Shown: positions 26,975-32,000 of the stretch, one piece after another
Numbering within the stretch: position 1 is the stretch's first letter
Layout: each line of letters begins with the position of its first letter
DNA from: an uncultured Actinomycetota bacterium
Lineage (GTDB): Bacteria > Actinomycetota > Actinomycetes > Streptosporangiales > Streptosporangiaceae
DNA length: 32,000 nucleotides
Assembly (NCBI GenBank): GCA_963767685.1
Contig: CAVYEZ010000013.1
Span: 46,457-78,456 of the forward strand
Direction: 5' to 3'
Notes under the pieces: model-generated
The model's database searches: none
What the model saw: the letters and a program-made list of their open reading frames with translations, nothing else
What the model was told of the DNA's origin: nothing
Program-made: the position numbers and the translations under genes

Positions 26975-28227
26975 TCAGGCCCCGAGCCTTGGCGCCGGCG
27001 CCTCGTCGCCTGCCGCCTCGAGTACGGTCTGGGACCGCGTGTAGAAGTCGAGGTCGATCGGCCCGGCCGCCGCGCCCGGCCCGCGGCCCGCGGCCGGGGC
27101 AAGCAGGTCCCGCGGGTTGGGGGAGTTCACCCAGATGCCGGCCGACTCAATGGCCGGGGCCAGGCGGCGCGCTCGCCGCGGATCGCGGCTCCAGATGTAG
27201 GCCGCCGCCGGCTGGGCGCAGGCGTTGGCGAGCGAGGCGGCTTCCTCATCGGTGTCGAACGGCGTGACCCGCACGACCGGACCGCTGACTTGCTCGGTGA
27301 AGATGCGCATCGACGGGTCACGTCGGCGAGCACGGTCGCGGCGAGGTAGCTTCCCTCGGGCGGCCGGGCCGGCCGTCGTCCGCCGGCCGCCAGCCGCGCG
27401 CCTTCCCTGATGCCGAGCCTCACCAAGGAGGCGAGCTTGTCGTAGGCCTCAGCGTGCGGCAGCGGCCCGAGCTCCGTCGCCGGGTCGGCGGGGGCGCCGA
27501 CGCGGACGCGGTCCGCCCGCTCGGCGAGGAGGCCGACCACGGTGCCGTAGGCCGTCCGCTCGACGAGGATGGTCGAGGTGGCGGTGCGTCGCTGGCCGTT
27601 GAGCGCGAAGGCGCCGAACAGCGCGCCGTCGATCGCCTCGTTGAGGTCGGCGTCGGCGAAGATGAGGCAGGGCGAGCCCCCGGCCGCCTCGGCGGACAGG
27701 TTCTTGCCGTGCGCGGCGGCGTCGAGCGTGACCTGGTGCCGGGAGTCGGCCTGGCCGGCGAAAGACAGCCGCGCCACGCTCGGGTGGGCGATCAGGGCGT
27801 CCCGGGCCTGAGCGCCGGGAGCCTTGCGGTGCAGGGAGCCGTGCACGACGTTGAGCACGCCATCGGGCAGGCCCGCGGCGGTGGTGATCTCCCCAAGCAG
27901 CGCGGCCGGCAGCGGCGCCCACTCATCTGGCTTGAGCACGATCGTGCAGCCCGCCGCCAGGGCGGGTGCGACCGCCCGGGCCTGCGACAGGAACGGCGTG
28001 CGCCATGGCGTGATCAGCCCGGCGACGCCGGCCGGGTGCGCCACCACGTAACCGGACTGGCCCGGCGCGAAGGACGCGCCGTCGGCCAGCCGCGCCGCGA
28101 TCAGGTCAGCGACGAGGCGGAAGAACTCGCCCGCCCGGGTGGCCTGCTCCTCGGCCTGGGTCACCGGCAAGCCGGGGCCAAGCGCCTCGGCGGCGGCGAT
28201 GTCGCCCGCTCGGGCGTCGATCGGTAC
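26975..28227 (-). pseudogene. aldehyde dehydrogenase family gene: 5'-truncated, frameshifted near 27315, catalytic Cys replaced
   Basis: ALDH motifs are present: GVAGLITPWRTPF, KNLSAEAAGGSP (the ELGGKSP equivalent) and FALNGQRRTATST, where GQxCxAxSR is expected (Cys to Arg, CGC). The break falls at ...LADVT / (P)SMRIFTEQVSGPVVRV, within a GGG run at 27314-27316. Homology stops at TAG 28228-28230, leaving roughly 90-100 N-terminal residues missing. Confidence 0.8.
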
Positions 28228-28254
28228 CTAGGTACTAGGGACCTAGCCGCTAGG
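28224..28254. repeat. CTAG-rich nested palindromes at the ALDH truncation point
   Basis: GTACCTAGGTAC is a perfect 12-bp palindrome. It is followed by CTAGG-GA-CCTAG and CCTAGC-C-GCTAGG, giving four CTAG tetramers in 25 bp. With the TGA at 28258, stops fall in all three plus frames and two minus frames. Confidence 0.8.
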
Positions 28255-28506
28255 CGCTGACAAGTGCGGAGCTTCCCGGTCCGAGGTGAACACCAGGCAA
28301 GGGCCGCGTGAACGAAGGAAGCGGCCCATCGCGATTAATGCAGAGTGATTAGGCTGTGGTGGCGGGCGCGCCCGGTGGCCGCCAGGGGGAAGGCGGTCGT
28401 CTTCGAAGCCGGGGATGCGCTTGAAGATTTAACTTAATGGCTAGCTATTACGCGACCCCGGCCGGAGCGACGCGCCGACGCGGTATTTTCCGAGCTGCTT
28501 GAGGTC

Positions 28507-28713
28507 ATGGTGGCGCACCTGAGCCACCTGCCGGAGCCGGAGGCCGTCGGCCGGGCCGCCCTGACCGTCCGGTTCGCCAGCAGCGGGCTGGCCCGGTGGG
28601 AGCGCGACAGCGAGGCCGGCGTGGACGGCGTCGCGCCGCTGGCGTCGTTCACGCTGATCCTGACCGACCTCGCGGTCGCCATGCTCGACGCGCCGAGTTC
28701 CGTTCCGCCCTAG
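28507..28713 (+). CDS. hypothetical protein or gene fragment (frame open from 28438)
   Basis: The 68-aa ORF MVAHLSHLPEPEAVGRAALTVRFASSGLARWERD... has very high third-position G+C, which is coding-like. No SD and no recognisable domain. It may be the C-terminal remnant of a regulator. Confidence 0.3.
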   Translation: MVAHLSHLPEPEAVGRAALTVRFASSGLARWERDSEAGVDGVAPLASFTLILTDLAVAMLDAPSSVPP

Positions 28714-28906
28714 GCTGACGCGCACCCGCGGGATCCGTGCCCAGCCGGCCGCGGCGGGGGAGCCGAGGCCCCCTTCGGTGCAGGTCCAGCCGTATAGCGT
28801 GCACCGATACCGCCTGGTTACGCCCGGGTACGATCGGTGGGCATGCGTGCCCGCATCGGAACGCATGCTGGCAGTCAGGCTCACCGTGAGGGGAGGCAGG
28901 AACCTC

Positions 28907-29026
28907 ATGCCAAACCGGCTGCCGGACGCGTCGGCCCTGGCCCCGCGGGAGCGGGACACCGCCACGCGCGAGTTCCCGGAAACACTCACGGAAGTCGACG
29001 GCGGCGTCATGGCCGGGCGCAATTAG
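28907..29026 (+). CDS. small ORF (39 aa), unknown function
   Basis: ATG lies 10 nt after GGAGG (28892-28896). Third-position G+C is 34/39. Translation: MPNRLPDASALAPRERDTATREFPETLTEVDGGVMAGRN. The same frame stays open back to a GTG at 28778. Confidence 0.2.
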   Translation: MPNRLPDASALAPRERDTATREFPETLTEVDGGVMAGRN

Positions 29027-29224
29027 CGCCCGCGCCCCTGCCCAGATCTGTAACATCTGGTACATGTCTCGCCAGAATCATTGATATAGTTCCGAGGCGT
29101 AACAAACGGCGAGGGCGTCCCAACGGCGCGGCGCCTCCGCTGGAAGGGCGCGCCCACCCTCGTGACCGCGGGCCGGAACGTTGCCGCCGGGCATGCGCCC
29201 CTGACGATGAACGGAGCCACGGGA

Positions 29225-30160
29225 ATGACCGAAGCCAGCGAACTGCGGGTTGACTTCGGCGCAGACGGGCTGCTGCGCATCCCGTACGTCGATGTCGTCG
29301 GGGAGGCGGGTGACGGGCCGCACTTGACGGTGATCGCCGGGGTGCACGGCACCGAGTACACGTCCATCGCCGCCGCCCGGGTGCTGCTGGCCGAGCTCCG
29401 GGCCGCCGAGCTGTCCGGGACCGTCACCGTGGCGCCGGTCATTAACCTTCCGGCATTCTGGGCGCGGACGCCGTTCGTCGTCCCGCTGGACGGTAAGAAT
29501 CTCAACCGCAGCTTTCCCGGCGACGCGGGAGGCAGCGCCGCCGAGCGGATCGCCGCGGCCGTGACGGAAAGGCTAATCAAGGGCTCCGACTACCTGGTTG
29601 ACCTGCACGCCGGGGACCTTCCGGAAGCGCTCGAGCCGTTCGCGCTCTACGACGCGTCGCCGGTCGAGCGGCGGGCCCGCGACCTCGCTCTCGCGTACGG
29701 CCTCGGGCACCTGGTGCGGCAGTCGTCGCGGGGCCGGACCGTCGCCGGGAGCACCTCGGCGACCGCGGCCGACCTGGGCATCCCCGCGATCACCGCTGAG
29801 TCGGGAGAGTGCGGCATCCTCGACCCGGCGGCCGTCGAACGCCACCTCCGCGGACTGCGGAACCTCCTCCGCTACCTGGAGATTGCTCCCGGCGAGGCGA
29901 CCGCGTTCAGCCAGGCCGAGCACGAGGGGTGGACCTGGATGACGACGGACCACGCCGGATGGTGGCAGCCCGCGGTCAAGCCCGGCACGCCCGTCGCCGA
30001 AGGCGATCTCCTCGGCACGGTCTCGCCGCTCATCGGCGGCACTCCGGCCAGGATCACCGCGCCCGCCGCGGGCGTCCCGATCTTCGTCACCTCGAGTCCG
30101 GCCGTCTCCGCGGATGGTCTTCTGCTCGGCCTCGCACTCGCCTCGACGGGCACCGGATAG
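29225..30160 (+). CDS. succinylglutamate desuccinylase/aspartoacylase (AstE/AspA, M14-like) family zinc hydrolase
   Basis: LTVIAGVHGTEYTSIAAA (the HxxE zinc site), NRSFPG and DLHAGD motifs. The start is placed at the ATG at 29225 (MTEASELRV); the track ORF begins at 29162. Confidence 0.75.
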   Translation: MTEASELRVDFGADGLLRIPYVDVVGEAGDGPHLTVIAGVHGTEYTSIAAARVLLAELRAAELSGTVTVAPVINLPAFWARTPFVVPLDGKNLNRSFPGDAGGSAAERIAAAVTERLIKGSDYLVDLHAGDLPEALEPFALYDASPVERRARDLALAYGLGHLVRQSSRGRTVAGSTSATAADLGIPAITAESGECGILDPAAVERHLRGLRNLLRYLEIAPGEATAFSQAEHEGWTWMTTDHAGWWQPAVKPGTPVAEGDLLGTVSPLIGGTPARITAPAAGVPIFVTSSPAVSADGLLLGLALASTGTG

Positions 30161-30231
30161 CCCCGCAAGGGCGGCGCCGCACGTTCCCGTGACACCAATG
30201 CCCCGGGCCGGACGACAGAAAGACCACCATT

Positions 30232-31149
30232 ATGGAGATTTTCGAGGAAGGCGCGCCTCCAGAAGGAGGACCGAGCCTGGCCCTGCACGGCGGGGCGGGC
30301 GGGCGGGTGGATGAGCTGACCCTCGCGGGCCGCGCGCCCTTCGCGCAGGGACTGCGCGCCGCCTACCGGGCCGGATGGCAGGTGCTCGCGGCGGGCGGCG
30401 GGGCCCTGGACGCCGTGTGCGCGAGCGTGGAGGTACTCGAGAACGATCCGCTGTTCAACGCCGGCCGGGGCGCCGCGCTCACCGTGACCGGGCAGGCCGA
30501 ACTCGACGCGTCGGTCATGACCGGCTCGGGGCGCGCGGGCGCGGTCGCCGGGTCCAAGTACGCCAAGAACCCGGTCCGGCTCGCCCGCACCGTCATGGAG
30601 CGCACCGAGCACGTCTTCATCATCGACCCGGACGTTGAGTTCCTTGAGCGCCACGGGCTCGACGTGGTCGAGCGCGGCTACTTCGTCACCGGGCCGCGCC
30701 AGCAGCAGCTAGACCGGGTGCTGGACGGGCGCGCGGTCGCCGCCCGCTCCGGAACGGTCGGCGCCGTGGCCCGCGACGCCGACGGCCGGGTCGCCGCCGC
30801 CACGTCCACGGGCGGGATGGCCGGCCAGGCCGACGGGCGCGTCGGGGACAGCCCCATCGTCGGCGCGGGGGTCTACGCCCGCGACAGCCTCGTGGCGATC
30901 TCGTGCACCGGGCACGGCGAGGCCTTCATCCGCGGGGTCGTGGCGTACGACGTCGCCGCCCGGATCCGCTACGCGGGCGCGGGCCTCGCCGCGGCGGTGC
31001 GGGAAACCTTCGCGCACGAGCTCGCCAGGCACGGCAGCACCGGAGGCCTCGTCGCCGTCGGCGGCGACGGCCGCGCCGTCGTCGCGCACAACTCGCCGGC
31101 GATGTTCTCCGCGCGCGGCACCGGGCCCGAACCGGTACTTACGACGTGA
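30232..31149 (+). CDS. isoaspartyl peptidase / L-asparaginase (Ntn-hydrolase, plant-type asparaginase family)
   Basis: ALHGGAGG, ENDPLFNAGRGAALT, the autoprocessing site GTVGAVARDADGRVAAATSTGGM, and GDSPIVGAGVYA. Confidence 0.85.
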   Translation: MEIFEEGAPPEGGPSLALHGGAGGRVDELTLAGRAPFAQGLRAAYRAGWQVLAAGGGALDAVCASVEVLENDPLFNAGRGAALTVTGQAELDASVMTGSGRAGAVAGSKYAKNPVRLARTVMERTEHVFIIDPDVEFLERHGLDVVERGYFVTGPRQQQLDRVLDGRAVAARSGTVGAVARDADGRVAAATSTGGMAGQADGRVGDSPIVGAGVYARDSLVAISCTGHGEAFIRGVVAYDVAARIRYAGAGLAAAVRETFAHELARHGSTGGLVAVGGDGRAVVAHNSPAMFSARGTGPEPVLTT

Positions 31150-32000
31150 CGGACTCGTCGGCCGGAGAACTGCCGCTGCGGGAAGAGATCTTTCAGCGGA
31201 TGGACGAGCTCACCCCCGCCGAGCGGAAGGTGGCGCGCACCCTGCTCGCGCGCTACCCGGCCGCGGGGCTCGAGAGCACGGCCGCGCTGGCGGCCGGGGC
31301 GGGCACGAGCAAGCCAACGGTACTGCGCCTGCTGGCCAGGCTGGGCTTCGGCAGCTACCCCGAATTCCAGGAGCGGCTGCGCGCCGAGGTCACCCGCTCG
31401 ATGAGCGCCAGCCCGCTGAGCCGGGCCCAGGCCGGCCGGGCGGCGCCGGCCGATGACAGCGTTTTCCTGCGGGCGGTCGACCTGCGCGCCCGCCTGGTCA
31501 CGCGGCTGCCGGACACCGTGCCGCCCGCCGAGATCGAGCGCGCCGTGTCCGCGCTTACCACCCGCCCGCGGCACGTCGTGATATCCGGCGGGTACTTCTC
31601 GCGGCTGATCGCCCGCATGCTGGCGATGCAACTGGACCAGTTGATCCCCAACGTCGACTACGCCGACGAGCCGCTCGGCGCCGACATCGGGAAGTACCTG
31701 CGGGCCGGGCGCGACTCCGTCGCGATCGTTTTTGACCTGCGACGGCACGAGCTGACCGCTCAGGAGGTCGTCTCGCTGGCCAAGAGCGGCGGCGCCACGG
31801 TCATCCTGATCACCGACGAGTCGCTCTCCCCGTCGGCGGAGGAAGCGGACATTGTCTTGCCGGTCGCGGTCGACGGCATCCCCTTCGACTCGTTCGCCGC
31901 GATTCTCGTGCTTACCGAGGGCCTCGTGGAGGCCGTCTTCCACGGGCCGGCGGAGCGGCGCTCGAGCGGATGGCCGACTGGGAGCGGTCGGTCCGCATCG
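31146..32000 (+). CDS. MurR/RpiR family transcriptional regulator (HTH_6 + SIS domain); 3' end outside the window
   Basis: The GTG at 31146 overlaps the upstream stop (GTGA). Motifs: MDELTPAERKVARTLLARYP...STAALAAGAGTSKPTVLRLLARLGFGSYPEFQ, then SIS-like VVISGGYFS...VIFDLRRHE...VILITDES. After about 31941 the +2 frame (RAGGAALERMADWERSVRI) looks more protein-like than the current frame, so a further indel is possible. Confidence 0.85.
   Translation, partial: MTDSSAGELPLREEIFQRMDELTPAERKVARTLLARYPAAGLESTAALAAGAGTSKPTVLRLLARLGFGSYPEFQERLRAEVTRSMSASPLSRAQAGRAAPADDSVFLRAVDLRARLVTRLPDTVPPAEIERAVSALTTRPRHVVISGGYFSRLIARMLAMQLDQLIPNVDYADEPLGADIGKYLRAGRDSVAIVFDLRRHELTAQEVVSLAKSGGATVILITDESLSPSAEEADIVLPVAVDGIPFDSFAAILVLTEGLVEAVFHGPAERRSSGWPTGSGRSAS

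Overview
High-G+C (about 70% by hand counts) actinomycete-type chromosomal segment with about 26 protein-coding loci. I saw no rRNA, tRNA or CRISPR array.

Layout, left to right:
- 1-11.5 kb: the 3' end of a cardiolipin synthase gene, then a glycan-utilisation neighbourhood. It holds a LacI regulator, a large secreted GH92-type mannosidase, two Gfo/Idh/MocA oxidoreductases and a secreted BNR/Asp-box propeller protein.
- 11.6-16.0 kb: an intact ABC-F ATPase and a decayed Eco57I/type-IIG-like N6-adenine methyltransferase.
- 16.0-21.6 kb: a mosaic accessory block of lower G+C. It contains gene fragments, an IS256-family transposase tail, a complete vanH-vanA-vanX operon, a DUF1707/LiaF-like gene and an LLM-class oxidoreductase.
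- 21.6-32 kb: a zinc-ribbon membrane protein and a divergent MFS(DHA2)/MarR pair. Next is a minus-strand operon of amidohydrolase, MetE-like protein and aldehyde dehydrogenase, the last two damaged. Last is an AstE-like, isoaspartyl peptidase and RpiR module.

Most interesting points:
1. vanHAX is present without vanRS in the window.
2. vanHAX is bracketed by two diverged copies (75% identity over 75 ungapped bp) of the same intergenic module, which carries 11-12 bp phased TATCG repeats.
3. One copy still drives an 8-codon response-regulator stub (MRVLVVED), followed about 30 bp later by an IS256 transposase remnant.

A second theme is the unusual number of reading-frame breaks:
- There are at least 11 in the GH92 gene and 3 in the BNR gene, plus single breaks in the methyltransferase, MetE-like and ALDH genes.
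- Four of the five junctions I resolved to the base lie in short homopolymers, which suggests sequencing or assembly indels.
- The ALDH and methyltransferase also carry substitution-level loss of catalytic motifs, which indicates genuine decay.

All family calls come from reading the translations. No database search was possible.
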